Counted from the whole stretch's first letter, positions 12,709-25,706 are shown. The stretch: DNA of 63,199 nt, filler included, from Choristocarpus tenellus KU-1152 (GCA_964200185.2; 14 parts of 14 records of this genome joined end to end with filler, not necessarily neighbours in it); one strand, 5' to 3'. Translations and numbers: made by a program. The notes: generated by a model not told the origin, from the letters alone.

Positions 12709-12742
12709 GTAGTATATATGTAGGGTTAGGGGTAGTATATAT
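12709..12742 (+). repeat. Short interstitial telomeric insert flanked by 11-bp direct repeat
   Basis: GTAGTATATAT-[GTAGGGTTAGGG]-GTAGTATATAT. Confidence 0.8.
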
Positions 12743-13070
12743 AAACAAAAAAATGCACTTGTCTTTCGTTTAGCTACTTAGGGTTAGGGACTATTCTCAA
12801 GGCAAACAAATAGACTCAGCTCCACACACTATCAAAATACATAAAACATTCGGAACACTAACGGAGGAAAAAAAAAGAAGAATGTCCCTCAATAGCAAAC
12901 ATTTGACAACCAGTACACTAGATACACAATTATGAGAAGCCAGAAAAATCACACCCACACCCACACAACGGCATGATAATACACCCAAGAACATCATATT
13001 ATATTATGATAAGAGACAACGAAATCTTCAAGTGTACTGGTTTGGGGCCAAGGGAGCAAGGGAAACATAC

Positions 13071-13157
13071 CTGCCAGGGCTCAAGGCACTCCCCAATGCT
13101 CCTGGCAATTCCAGCATCATGTGGTGGGATGATCTGGCTGCCCTCCCCCCAGTACAC
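13071..13157 (-). CDS. PGM2: Phosphoglucomutase-2 exon
   Basis: AAG|VYWGEGSQIIPPHDAGIARSIGECLEPWQ|GTATG; continues the PGM2 block NGYKVYWxxGxQIIxPHD in frame. Confidence 0.92.
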
Positions 13158-14066
13158 CTTTCTCCAACACACACACACACACACATTCCCACAAAAAGGC
13201 AGCCAGGCAGCCAGGCAGGCACAATGCAGGTCAGAGCAGGGCAGGGCAGGGAATTGTGGGAAAGAGAGGAGGGTTAACTCAGCAGATATACACGCAAAAT
13301 GACACTAGAGCCATTGTCATCTCTTAAGTACCATGTAACAAATAAAGGAGTAACCTGGACCACTGACCTACCTCATCAAGAGAGCCTGTGTGTGCTGCAG
13401 CTCCATTGTATTTTTTGTTGCAAAAGAGATTTTTGTTGTAAAAGAGATTTTAAGAGTTTCTCATGGTTGTGCCATCCCTCCTCTTGAATTCATGTGTGCA
13501 TGCACCCGCCTTCTATATTAGTAACAAGGCACAACGATCTACTGTTGGGTGTGCGCCCCTGGAGTGGTTTTATAGTTACAATCAACCACCGAACACCAAC
13601 ATCATATATTTTTTCTTCACCAATTTTGAACAAGCGTGACTCCAATTTAAAACCAGACGTAACAAAATACTCCACCAATGCCTACAGTATCACAAACGTT
13701 AGCCCAAGCCCCCACCACTCCAAGGAGTAAGAAACAGCTTGATAAGTGCCTTACAGTCTCCTACAGTTCCTTACACCTTAAAACCAGGTACAGTACACTC
13801 TATCTCCCATACAACACCAGCCTGCCCCCCTCCTCCCCCTCCCCTCCCCCTACCCCCCCGTTTACCCCTCTCACATCTGACCACAAAGCTCTACAAAATC
13901 AATAGAAACCCTCTTGAGTACGAAATGATAACCTGCTTGTCCCTGGAGTTCGTCCATCTCAACTCCGTCTCCTTTTAACCCCCTCTTACTCCCAAAATAA
14001 CCTCACGTAGTAGAAGAAATAAAGCTATAGAGCACTACAGAGCACTGCATTCCCTAACCCTTTCAC

Positions 14067-14255
14067 CTTGTATCCGTTGTCCCCTTTGGGGTTGTGTGAG
14101 GCAGTCACCATAATCCCTGCACAGGCCCTCTTCAGAGTAACTCCAAATGACACAAGAGGAGTGGCGGCCAGCCCGCCCATGAGGAAAACACGAAATCCTC
14201 TTGCGAGAAGAACTGCTGCTGCAAGGTGTGCAAACCCCTCTGAGGAGAGTCCACC
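14067..14255 (-). CDS. PGM2: Phosphoglucomutase-2/phosphopentomutase, internal exon with catalytic TASHNP motif
   Basis: CAG|GGLSSEGFAHLAAAVLLARGFRV...ATPLVSFGV...AGIMVTASHNPKGDNGYK|GT; phase 0/0. Confidence 0.93.
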
Positions 14256-15269
14256 CTGACACACACAGACGAGCATGCAAGCAAAATGAACACAACAGAC
14301 ACCAGCAGCGGTTTCCTTTTCTACATAATATTGTGTATTGGTGAAATGCAAAGAAAGCAGGAAGAGAGAGAGAGCGGAGATCAGGGAGAGGGCAAAACCT
14401 TACTTGTAATCTGAAGTACGAGCCATCGGTTGCCGCCCTAAGAGACACATTTTTTAAAAGTCAAAAATTCAAATCTGCAACCTCTTTACTGTTTGTTGCA
14501 GTGATCACAGCCCAAATGAGGCGATAGTCGTGACGCTGACAACATCCCCATGTTCAGAAGTGAAAAAAAACAATTACAAACACAACTTCGATGTAAATGG
14601 TATAATCGCACCTTGAAGTATCACCACAGCAACAGAGTATTTGTCATATAAGTAACATGGAAAGGGGGGGGGGAGGGGAAAGCAAGGGGAAGAAAATGCA
14701 GAATAAGTGCTCAAAAACCTGCAGGCTGGTCGGTTATGGCTGTGCCGTTAGAAAGTTGATTGAATTGAGTGCAACGATCTCATAGCTTGGAAAGCACGCT
14801 TGAGCATTCATTTCATTTCCCAAAAGAAAGGTCAGGGGAGTGAGCACCATACACACACACACACACACACACAACACTAGTTCCATACTCATACTAGAAT
14901 AGCATGAACAACAAAGTGTAACAAATTGTCACGATCATCGCAAACCAGAAGTCGAGGAGGTTATGGCACTCCAACACGAATCAGTGTAGAAATTGACTAA
15001 TTTCAACCGCCCTACACGAAAAGCGTTTGGCGATAGGATACACTGACGGTACTATTAATAGTTCATTAACAATGTTCCTAAACAAAGCCGGTGCATTCTG
15101 CACTATTAATAGCAGTACTTGAACGGTCATCTCACAAGTAATACAGCAACAGCGCTCAACTCTGCCAAAGCCCTCGGTCGTGTGCACACAAAATCTACTT
15201 CATAAAAAAATTAAGACTTGCACCACCGAACAAACTCAAGTAGTACCAGCAACAACAATACTAACCATA

Positions 15270-15542
15270 GAGTGAAAGCACCTTAAGAAGGTACGAGTTT
15301 TGGTCTGCTTGTCCATTTGGGGCTTGGCTTCCCATGTTTAAAAAAAAAAATGACATTTCCCTACTCCGGAGCTCTTCACAGTAAGTAAAATGTATACGTT
15401 ATATGAAAAGGTGTGTGTCCGGATCAAGGATATCGACACTTCCTAACTAACACACGTAGCCAAAATTACATCAAAATCACAACATTGGATTTTGGGCCCC
15501 CAAACGGAGGCAGCGCTTACCCCCCTAAGATACTCTTGACTC
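15270..15542 (-). mobile_element. MITE family A, full copy
   Basis: GAGTGAAAG...TACTCTTGACTC flanked by ATA/ATA. Confidence 0.9.
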
Positions 15543-15799
15543 ATATCCTCCAACATCAAAAAAGTCGACTTCACGCACTTCTGGCGGAGGGGGGGGGGGG
15601 GGGGGGAAGACCCCCCTCCCCCCCCTTTCCCCAACCAAACACCCGGGCCCCCACCCCCCCACCCCAAAAAAANNNNNNNNNNNNNNNNNNNNNNNNNNNN
15701 NNNNNNNNNNNNNNNNTTAATTAATTAANNNNNNNNNNNNNNNNNNNNNNNNNNNNNNNNNNNNNNNNNNNNGGGGGGATTGGGATGTCAGGTGTGGAG

Positions 15800-16450
15800 T
15801 GTACCATGTAGGGGGGTTGAGAGTAATGTTCCTCCCTGTTTGTTGGTAACCCTTTGGAGCCCAAGAAGTTAGCATTTTTTACTTTTTTCCTGAAGACATC
15901 ATCCTACCAAAGGGGATGTTAAGAAAGAGGATTGTGTTGTGCAATGGTGTCTAGGAAGTATACTCCGTTGCATGGATTGGGTATTAGATGCATTTTGCTG
16001 CTTTAGCTGTAACTCACTGGAGTGTCTGTTGATCTTTTGAGTAGAGGCATGGGTTGTGCTTGGTGGAAGATTTGATTGCTCTGTTCTGATTGGGATAAAG
16101 CAGCTCAGGATTGAGGAAAGAGCTTTTATTAAATCTGCTTTGATTATTTTGTTTGTGGGAATGGAGGTTTGGTTTGGTACTGCAGGGTAGGCGTTACGGT
16201 GCCACCAAATTTACACTGCTGAAATTTTTGAGGGTTGAGAGGGGGGCTTACAAATGTGGAATGTACACAATAATGTGGCTCTTGTATGGCTCGATTAAGG
16301 AGACTCAGCCCGGAATCAATTCTTGTGGCTTGAAGAAAGGAATGGTACAAGTGAGGTGTGCTACTGGCACCTCTGAACTGCACATAGCATTTTGTAGCAA
16401 GTATTTTGAGTCTTTCTTCCTGGCATCTTATTAGTGTGGTTGGAACCACC
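15800..16450 (-). mobile_element. Possible decayed non-LTR retrotransposon (RT C-terminal region)
   Basis: Only weak resemblance (GVYFLDT..PSF, KSKKC*LLGLQRV) to LINE KYLG..D..LSF / KA..L..L.RL blocks; no YADD motif seen. Confidence 0.25.
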
Positions 16451-17350
16451 CCAAGCTGAAGATGTGAAAAGGTTAATTAAGTTGTACCACTTCCTGTGTT
16501 GACAGGAGTGGTGGTTGAGAGTAATAAAAAAATGCAGAGGTTTCATTTTCCTTTGATGATGGCACTGCTTCAAAAAGTGGGAAAGACAGATTTTTAGCAA
16601 AATATGAATCCTAAATTCTAGATTGTGGAATTACTGGGAGCATATTGGATTGTCTTGCCACTCTTCCAGCCTTGTTTTGAGTGAGAATGTCAGAGGATGG
16701 AGGGAGTTTCTCTTTTTAGTCATGACTGTTTTTGTTCACTTGGGGGTGTTTCAAGTAACTCAGCGGTAGGAGCTTGGCTGGAAAGTAAGTGAGAAGGGAG
16801 TGATGTCAGCACAGTAGTCGGCAAGTATCAGACCATACAGGGAGATAAGTCAAGTCCTTGAGGCTTTTGAACCCAGTTGCCTGTTTTGTGGTGTGATGGC
16901 CTTGGTATACTCCAGCAATGGCTGTGGTTCGTGCAGTGGCTACCTGGGTTCGTCCTCCCTCTCTCACTCCATCAAGAGGGACAAATGACAATAATCTTGA
17001 ACCCGTGTATGCACTTGGTTGTTGTTATGACAGTTACTGGTTCATTACTATGCCGTAGGTTCGTAATGACTGCTTCTGTACATCCATCGGATTCATTGCC
17101 TACAGTTGATGAACTTCCACTCCCCTCTCTTGCTCTCACCTGTATGTGGTTTGTCTGTGTGCTGTGTTTATGGGTTATAGGGCGAATGTTTAGTCTGTGG
17201 AGACATGGCCGACTGTCCCATCCCACCCGGTTTAACACACCTTATCCGCCTAACACATTTTATTTTATTTTTTTTCTGTACACTTCACTACACTACACTG
17301 TTGCTGTGTTTGCTCCTCCCATCTCAACCGCTTCCTTTTGTCACCTTCAG

Positions 17351-18193
17351 GTGGCTAGAAATATACTGGACTCTGCTGTGAGTCACAAGATGCTGCGTGT
17401 GACCCAGCCTTCCTTGGGAAATGCACAATGGTCTGTTCCTCCCAACGCCTCTGTGACCACCTCTTCAACCAACTCTTCCTCATCCAACTCCATCTCTATC
17501 CCTGCAACCAGCACACCACGCGCTTCCGATATTGTTAGTTCATTACCAGACGCTCCAACACCATCTGCTGCCCTGGTAGTGGAGGGTACACTGGCAGAGA
17601 TTGAAACAATGGACAAGGAGTGCGTTGGTGGGGGCCCTGCTGGAGGGAACGAAGTTCGAAATTCAGCACAGTCAACAAAACTTAATCGCCCTTCTGAATG
17701 GAGAAATGTGAAGCTTCAAAATGCAGAAAATGATGCCTCAGACTCTACCAGTGTGTATTGTAGTACATCTGAAACGGCTGCACAGGGCAATTTGTCAGGG
17801 GCTAATGAGGAGGAGGCAGAAGCGGCAAAGGAGGTGGGAGGTACTATAGAGGTTGGGGAAAGAGATACAAGGGAAATGCAGGCATTGGATGCAGCTTGGG
17901 TAGAGCATTTGGAGGACGTGGAGAGTGGGGAGGGATCAGAGGAGGCAGGGGGAGGAGAAGAGGAGGCAGAATCTGGTCCAGTGGCAAGGGAGACAATGGG
18001 GGTGGTCCAGGAGGCATTGCTCCAGAGAAGAGGGGAAGCAGTAGATGGGCTGGATGAGGGGATGGGGGAAGAGGGCTCAGGGGAGGAGGAAGATATGGGG
18101 GAGGGGGGTGATAAAAATGATGAGCAGCTTCATGCTTCATTGCCACAGTCTCCATTGAGGCCTGAAAATATAAAGAGAATGATTGATCCTTGA
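17351..18193 (+). CDS. Probable terminal exon of an unknown acidic, low-complexity protein
   Basis: Pyrimidine-rich acceptor CCTTCAG|GTG, then an 843-bp open frame (VARNILDSAV...ENIKRMIDP*) rich in S/E/G. Upstream exons not resolved. Confidence 0.65.
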   Translation: MARNILDSAVSHKMLRVTQPSLGNAQWSVPPNASVTTSSTNSSSSNSISIPATSTPRASDIVSSLPDAPTPSAALVVEGTLAEIETMDKECVGGGPAGGNEVRNSAQSTKLNRPSEWRNVKLQNAENDASDSTSVYCSTSETAAQGNLSGANEEEAEAAKEVGGTIEVGERDTREMQALDAAWVEHLEDVESGEGSEEAGGGEEEAESGPVARETMGVVQEALLQRRGEAVDGLDEGMGEEGSGEEEDMGEGGDKNDEQLHASLPQSPLRPENIKRMIDP

Positions 18194-19920
18194 GCTAAGT
18201 GTTCTGGACATTTTTTTCGCTGGAGTTGAGATATGTGTGAGAGGAAGGGGTGATCACAGTCGTGGTAAAGATGATGGAAGACATGAGATATTGCTGTAAA
18301 TGTAAGATGGTGATCTAAGTATTGAGTGCAGAGTACTCATTACAGAATGAGAACCAGACATTCATGATGGGGATGCTCCTTCTGTTTGTTTTTTTAGTAT
18401 ATTTTGCTCAGTGGGATTGTAGGTAGTGTCATAGCGTGAAATTGTAAGCCTTAATTGTCCAAATTCCAAAAGATGTCCCCAGAGGATGCACAGAATTAGC
18501 CGGTTTTGACTAGAATTTAAAGTGATTGTATCAAAAATCCAACCCAACCCCAATTTCAATTATATTAGAAAACTAATATAATTGATGTTACAAGGTGACA
18601 ACATACATACAATACATGTTTGTGGTGTTCAAACTTACTTAAGAGTGCACTACTAGTCAGGTACATTCACTTGATAACAGGAACTGTGTATGCTTGAGTG
18701 TACTGTATTCGACTGATGATTATTACTGGCAAGTCAAGACAGATAATGCTTGGGGTACGGTTGGCGGCCTTGGGCAGTATACTTCGGAATCCGAGATTTT
18801 CTAGTACAAATTTCGTCAAATATGCCATAATTCTCGAAGTATGTGTATGGTAAACATCATACTGCTGATTGATTCTACAAGTTTATGAAGTTCCTGAGCC
18901 ATTGGTTTCTTTGGGTCGTTTTTTCCCAATAGGAGGTTTGCAGGTATGATCATACGTCTATATCTCAAATCTGTAACCGTGCACGATCTTTTTTTGGAAA
19001 TTGTAAAAAGGTGATTGTTGTAATTGAGAGATCTTACTACTCTTCTCATAAGCTGACCGTTTTGCATTTTAACCCACTTTTTCTCATCTTTTGAAATTCA
19101 CCCTTGTTTCAATGGAAGCAGTGCCTATGTACCAGGTGTGTAGGCTGTACCAAGGGGTTTCTGTGCATGGCCTGTGCCGAAACAAATGGCCCAGACAATC
19201 TTAAGCGTATATCTGTGGGGTCTGCTCACGACTTCGATTTGCAAAGTGACTATCTGGGAATTCTGAACTATTGAAAGCATCGTAGGCCAGGAACCTGCCT
19301 AACAGCATAAATAAATATATGTTTTGCGCCAATTATCCTCTCAGCAACGTTTGGCAAAATGGTTCAGTAGTTTCAGATATCTACTGGTTTGAATCTAGAT
19401 AGTGATACCTTTTAATATACCGAGTATTTATTTTACTATCGCAGGCATTAGCTTGGGAAGTATCATCCTGATCCATGGCGTGAGGTTCTGCACAACCGAC
19501 TGCATCTCATACTACACACAACTAGTAGTGCAGGTATTGCGCGAAACAAACAAATCAGTCATCAAACTCTTCCAGAAATAGTTGCACTCCATCAGTTTGC
19601 ATGCCTTTCTCTTCTGCGTTGATTAAGTCATTCCACCACTTTTCACTCGACCTCTTTCTAGATGTCGACATCCCTCTGAAATGCATGTTATTAATACTCC
19701 AGAAAATCGATCCATTTCACATCTGACTGATGGGTCACAAACCCGTGATCGACAGGTAATCATAGAAAAAAAACATTTGAGAAGATAGAAGAGGAAAAGT
19801 ATTTTAGTTGGAAGTATGTGTGGATAGCAACAAGAAGCACTAAAACCTGGCCACCTCCTTTTTGGGGTTTGGAGTTTTTTTTTGGCATATTGACAAATGG
19901 GATAGTACGGGACAGATGTC

Positions 19921-20710
19921 ATTATTATTTTATGGTACCTTGCCACATGAATTCGGATGGTCGGAACCTGTTCTCCCAACAAAGTTTTTTTTTGTGGAAG
20001 GGGGGGTTGGAATGGACAAAATCGATGTTGATATTATTTTATGGTACCTTGCCACATGAATTCGGATGGTCGGAACCAGTTCTCCCAACAAAGTTTTTTT
20101 TTGTGGAGGGGGAGTTCGAATGGACAAAATCGATGTTGAGAGAATGACAAACCACTGACTAACGACGACTCACCATTTTTTTTGTCTTAGTAATAATTAC
20201 ATTATTACATTATATGCTCTATGTATTATTCGTTGTCATGTGAAATTCGGATAATTGGAACCAGTTCTCCCAACAAAGAATTCTCTATGGATGGAGTTCG
20301 GATGGACAAATCGACGTTTAGAGAATGGTTGACAAACCACTGACGAACTACGACACTCACCATTCTTTTTGTCTTACTACTAATTATAATATTTTACTAT
20401 TATGCCCTCTGACATTTTGCAGATGTGTCAGGGGGATTATTATTAATTTTCATCATCACATTTCCGTGGGGACTGTCCCGAGTTGTTGTCATCAGAGGCC
20501 ACACTGCACTACTTCCCATACAAGGTACTGATGTTGCACCATGATTTCTTAGAATGGTGCACAAACCACTGACGAACTACGACACTCATCATTTTTTTGT
20601 CTCACTAATAATTATAGTATCATCACATTATTTGCGTGGGGACTATCTCGACTTGTTGTCATCAAATGCCACACTGCACTACTTCCCATATTAGCTACTG
20701 ATGTTGCACT
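19921..20710. repeat. Mosaic of local duplications (modules A-A-B-A-B-C-B-C)
   Basis: A ~110 bp at 19921, 20031 and (diverged) ~20225; B (ACAAACCACTGAC...CTCACCATT...GTCTTA) at ~20147, 20332, 20560; C (GTGGGGACT...GCCACACTGCACTACTTCCCATA...CTGATGTTGCAC) at ~20457, 20624. Confidence 0.9.
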
Positions 20711-22337
20711 ACGAGTAGTTACACTACTACCTCCTTTTTTCCCTTACTTCTCAGACGACATGGGGTTCAATCATCCAACTGCTCGTCGCTCCACTTCCTC
20801 AATTTTTGTTCTGGACTTGCCCCGCTCAACATCACTTTGCCATGGAGCCTTGTCACTTCGATTTTGGTCCGACGTCTTTTTGTGGTATGGGAAGAGTTGG
20901 GATAGTACTAAAGTAGTAGAAATAGTAGTGTAGGTCCACGATACGTGGTGCATACTTCTTTGATATGGACAATTGAGACCAGACCCATGGTGAAAAAATG
21001 TCTGACTTCAATGGTGATTGAGCCATAATCTTAATCGGACTACAATACCAGTCGCACTAACTACTAACTATTGCACTACCATAAGTTGTGATGCACCTTC
21101 ACTCAGTCCTCCCCTTAGATGTTACATGATCTGGTATGTTCTCCGTTCCTGACTTGCTTTAATTGGTCGGCATGTTTGGTGGTATAGTCACAAATAGATA
21201 GTGTAAGTGTATAATCCTTTGTATTTACCACATGGAATTGGATTATTGAAACCAAACACCTGTGAAAAGAAGTCTGGCGTCGAAGGGTTCCGAACCCACG
21301 AAATCCATGTGGATACTTTGCATCTGAGGCGGGAATAGGGTTTCAACTATGATATTACAAGAAGACAACCAGAACAGTATATTAGTTTTGCATAACCCTT
21401 TTTTCAAGGAGTTAGGAGAACGGCATCGTAATTACTACTATACTACTAGTAAACTACTACAATCGTTGTACGATTTCACTTTGGTCGATCCTACCTACCT
21501 CTAATCTGTCTAATAAATATATCTGGAATAAATTTAATGTTCCCATTCCTCATCGTCATGCCTGTTACGATGTATGTATTGTATGACGTATGAGAATATA
21601 TGTACTAGCAACTTCATCGACTCTCACTGACAAAACATTATACGAAACCATAGATATTGTTTTTGTTTTCGTTTGTAAAATTCGGTTTTTGGTAGATGAC
21701 AACGCGAACTAATGACAATACCCTAAGTCAGCATAATATATTATTTGTTGGTTCTTGTTCCCTCTTCTACCGTTATGCAAGGACTCTTGGACCCCTCTAA
21801 TTAATGATTATAATATCAATACAATATCAATATTGAGTATAATAATACATGCGGGACAATCTGAATTTTGTTCCCTCTTCAAAATATTGTACAACTCCTC
21901 TTCGAACTTAACAATTCTCGACTTATCTTCTGACAACAACTGACAGGAAGATATGCGACTGTTTTATGTCTCAAAGACACCAGCCACCTCATATGAGGGG
22001 CACCTGTCGTTTTGAAGCTTATTGGTTGGTTTTTTGTATATTCTCTTTTTGACATTTATTGCTGGGTTTGGCAGTGAAGAAGGGAAGTACGTTGTCATAG
22101 TAAGTTGAAGAAGGGTGAACACCACTCGAGTTCACTCAACCGTGGCGGTGGGGTGTGCAGAGCAGGCGGAAGAGTGTTAGAGTAGTGTGAGGCTCTTGTA
22201 TTGTGAAGCTGTGAGAGAAACGCCTGGGTATTGGGTTTGAACCCCTACCTACCTACACAACCTGGTGTGCAAGAGCTCAAATCCCTTACAGTAATTCTGT
22301 CATCCTCGTCTTGCATCCTTCAGTGGAGCGTTTAGAA

Positions 22338-22406
22338 ATGCCTCCTCAAGGATCACAAAATGCGCCCTGTGGTGGGATGGACCTTGTGGACTGTTCCGAT
22401 GTCTCA
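22338..22406 (+). CDS. Exon 1 of 5-exon hypothetical protein
   Basis: ATG MPPQGSQNAPCGGMDLVDCSDVS|GTGAGT, phase 0. Confidence 0.65.
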
Positions 22407-22606
22407 GTGAGTAGGATCGGGGCTGACTGTTTCATGTGTCACTGAAGCTGACAGTGAATGATAACTCACCACAGGGCAAAACGGCCCCGGAATTCGATTC
22501 GGGCACGTTCTATCTGTTAGCAGCGAGTCGAAGTAGACGGGGTTGTGAAGTGTTGACCACATACCGGCACCCCACCTTTTGCATCACCGCTCTTCTTCAT
22601 ATCTAG

Positions 22607-22753
22607 ATAACTGCAGATGACAAGGCCATTCAGTTTGATGTGTTGCGCCGTCTGGAAGAGATGCAGGAACGGTATGGCTCAGACCTCGACTTCCTGGTCA
22701 CTCAGTTCTCCAAGCTGGAGGTGCAACTGGCTCCGGAGGTGGAGCTCGGCACG
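22607..22753 (+). CDS. Exon 2 of hypothetical protein (helical domain)
   Basis: TAG|ITADDKAIQFDVLRRLEEMQERYGSDLDFLVTQFSKLEVQLAPEVELGT|GTAAT, phase 0/0. Confidence 0.82.
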
Positions 22754-23089
22754 GTAATGCGAATCGCGTAGCACTGTATTGGGAAGCAATCCTCCCAAGA
22801 TTTCTTTACGCATGGAATTAAATTTTCTCTCCTTTAGAGTCTACAGATACGGCTTGACCCTCCCAATGCAAAGTGGGTCTCGACGGGGTGACATGACTTA
22901 CGAGCTGACATGATTTACCATGGCTTTAGTAGGCAAACCCTTGGTCCTTGTGCACCATCGTGTGGTCCCTCCACAAATGAAGTTTTGGGTCAAATTGGTT
23001 GACAGGATTTTTCTACTCCACATCTCACTGGAGAATTAGTTTTAGTTCACCTTTCGTTTCAACTTTTGATGCCCCCAAATCTGCATCAG

Positions 23090-23230
23090 TGTCAACCGGG
23101 TGACGAGTCACAACTGCAATTGGAGCGTCTGAAGTACTTCATCGGGCACGTAAAGGGAACTATTGAGCGCATGGCCCAAGCACGAATTGGAACATACATC
23201 TACACAACGTCACAGCTTGACACACTCGAG
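23090..23230 (+). CDS. Exon 3 of hypothetical protein
   Basis: CAG|CQPGDESQLQLERLKYFIGHVKGTIERMAQARIGTYIYTTSQLDTLE|GTATT, phase 0/0. Confidence 0.82.
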
Positions 23231-23418
23231 GTATTTAGCCGCAAGTCGCTCAGTTTTCTCCCTCCTGATTTCCTCCAAAAATCTTGGATGTCTGTCTTTG
23301 ATTCCAGTCTAGTGACAGGCTGGTACTTTTTGTGTTGCGAGGTTTTGTCCTCATATTTTTATCGACATAAGCCTACATCATTCACTATGCCACTAATGTT
23401 TTTATTATCATTACTCAG

Positions 23419-23817
23419 GAGCACATCAAGGGGCGTTTGCTTCCAGTGAAGGAACGTATGGTGGCACAACTTGCCACAGTTTCTGAAAATTCAGACTTGT
23501 CTCTTCCATTGTTGACCAGTGGAGAAGAAAACACAGACAACGAAGAAGGAACCACGGAGGATGAGGCTTTATCAGATAAAGACTTGGTGATGACGGAACT
23601 GTACCCGTCAGGGTCGATATCATCCTCTGGCACAGACTCGGTCTCGACATCACTAATGTCGATGTCACTGTCACACTCTGGAACTTCCTCATCATCATTC
23701 ACTGAGCTCGGAGACCTGTATGGAGGGGACGGGGTCTGTGGTGAGGATGATTTCTTAGGACTGACAGGCAGTGTCGGCTGTGAGAATGTTGGGCTCGACT
23801 TGGATGAGCTTAAGGAG
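23419..23817 (+). CDS. Exon 4 of hypothetical protein
   Basis: CAG|EHIKGRLLPVKERMVAQLA...LDLDELKE|GTGAAT, phase 0/0; becomes acidic and Ser-rich. Confidence 0.8.
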
Positions 23818-24187
23818 GTGAATACATACATGTAACCTGAACCGCAACTAGATGCTGTGCTTACATTTTTTATGTGTTTTTGTTACCTGCACCTAGAGAT
23901 GATCAACCATACTAGTGCTGAATGTTGGGGTTGGAAGACAACTAAAGTAAGAAAGTCATGTTTACGCCTTGGAAAATAGACAGTACAATTTCGTCGAAGA
24001 GTTTGGATCCTTCTCCTTTCAAACACAGTTTACACCCTTGATGTTTACACAACTCTTGCTGCTCTAGAGATCACACAGCTCTACCCCCCTAACCTATTCT
24101 CCCTCTACTGTGCTTGGGTATGGATGCGTCTGACCCCATTGTTATGGCATCAACCCGCATGATGAAATATGACAACATCTGGAGCAG

Positions 24188-24916
24188 GACGATCATCTCT
24201 TTTTCCCCAGCGCTGCTTCCTTCGCTGGAAGCCCGTCGTACTCATCTTGTCTGACAGATGGGGATCTTTCTGATGAGGTGTTTCCAACAGGGTCTGATGA
24301 TCTTGAGGGCTCTGCAGTTGACGCCCGGACGGCCTTGAGAGGGGGGGGAATGGGAACTGACAGGGTTACATTGCAGGACGGGATGGTGGAGGTGGGAGAT
24401 ATGGACGGCGATGGAGTCAGCGGCGACTGCGGGACAAACTCTGCAATTGATCAGGAGATTGGGGAACTGTTTGCACCGGACGAGTTCTTGCTCAGTGCGG
24501 TCCTTGATGATGAGGAGGCTGAGGGGTTTGAGGAGCAGAAGCGAAAGGAGGAACGGGATATGAAGAAGAGGGAGAAAGAGAGACTGGGAGAGGGGCAGGG
24601 CGAGGGTAAGCAGCAACTTAGTGAATGTGTGAAATGTGAGGCAGATGAGAGTCATGTGCGTATGCCGCCTGCTCCTACGCAACAAGGACCAGGAGTGGTT
24701 GCCCCTTGCCCAGTCGCCGCAAGCACATCAGGTTCTCTCAATGCTGCAGAGCCTGCTATTGGAGCCTTGGTTCCCGGAGTAGCTCGTTCCCATGGGGCTC
24801 AGATGCCTGGTGTGGCAGCTGCAGCGAATGTTGTGGGTCCGGAATCTTGTTTGACGAATGCAGGGGTGGAATCAACTTCCGTGGGTCTTGTTGGACCCCA
24901 GCAGGAGGAGAGGGAA
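24188..24916 (+). CDS. Exon 5 of hypothetical protein, truncated by contig end
   Basis: A phase-0 CAG acceptor at 24185-24187 opens the frame DDHLFFPSAASF...PQQEER, which runs to the spacer. Acceptor choice is inferred from phase. Confidence 0.68.
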
Positions 24917-25016
24917 NNNNNNNNNNNNNNNNNNNNNNNNNNNNNNNNNNNNNNNNNNNNTTAATTAATTAANNNNNNNNNNNNNNNNNNNNNNNNNNNN
25001 NNNNNNNNNNNNNNNN

Positions 25017-25074
25017 GTTTTGGTCCGAAACGGACGCCCCCTCACAAACCACCCCCCCCCAGATACTTTGACCC
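25017..25074. mobile_element. Terminus of a family B-related MITE at contig start
   Basis: CCGAAACGGACGCCCCCTCACAAACCAC-Cn-AGATACTTTGACCC; near-identical to 53727-53785. Confidence 0.75.
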
Positions 25075-25706
25075 AGTGCATACATTGTCATGTTTATTCT
25101 CTAGGTAAACACACACTTTGTGAGACCTTTTCTTTTTTAGCAAACGTAACAGTCTGTTACACTTGCTTAAGTGATGAGAGTTTAGAGTACCTAGTACATT
25201 AGGGTCTGAGATAGATCGTTATGACTACTCTTAAAAACATGTAATTTAAAAATAATATTGACAACCCTAACCCTAACCCAGTTTGTGAGGGACCATGCTG
25301 CAACTAAACTACAGCGCAAAACAACCCCCTGGGGCTACATATCACTTCAATCATAGCTCTGGAGCATCTAGAGCACAAAAAATAACCCTAACCTTAAAAA
25401 AACGTGAGAGTACTTGGTTGGACACACGCCTGAAAATATCACCAAAGGTGAAAACTAGCTACCCTAACCTCTAACTCTAAACCCCAAATGAAGCAACAAT
25501 GAAATATCTGCAAAAATAAACCCCAAAAAACTACTCCAAAGAACAAAAATAATCACATACACACTTCAAACAAAAAAAAGCGTTCCTACAAACAACACAA
25601 CACAACACACCACCTAACCAAACAAACAACTCCATTCCTCAACACCTCACACACGCCTCTAACACAAATATCAACACCCTCCAACACAACACACACACAC
25701 ACACAC

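Noticed and set aside
16877-17350. 5' part of the 438-aa ORF with hydrophobic stretches
   Set aside because: T-rich, intron-like sequence upstream of a clear acceptor at 17350; probably read-through, and I found no phase-consistent upstream exon.
19921-20710. CRISPR-like repeat array
   Set aside because: Repeats are 50-110 bp and irregular, with no unique equal-length spacers and no cas genes; eukaryotic context.
21276-21330. tRNA-like T-arm on the minus strand (GTGGGTTCGGAACCC...GCCA); similar B-box-like bits at ~34716 and ~62790
   Set aside because: No complete cloverleaf or A-box; at most SINE or tRNA remnants.
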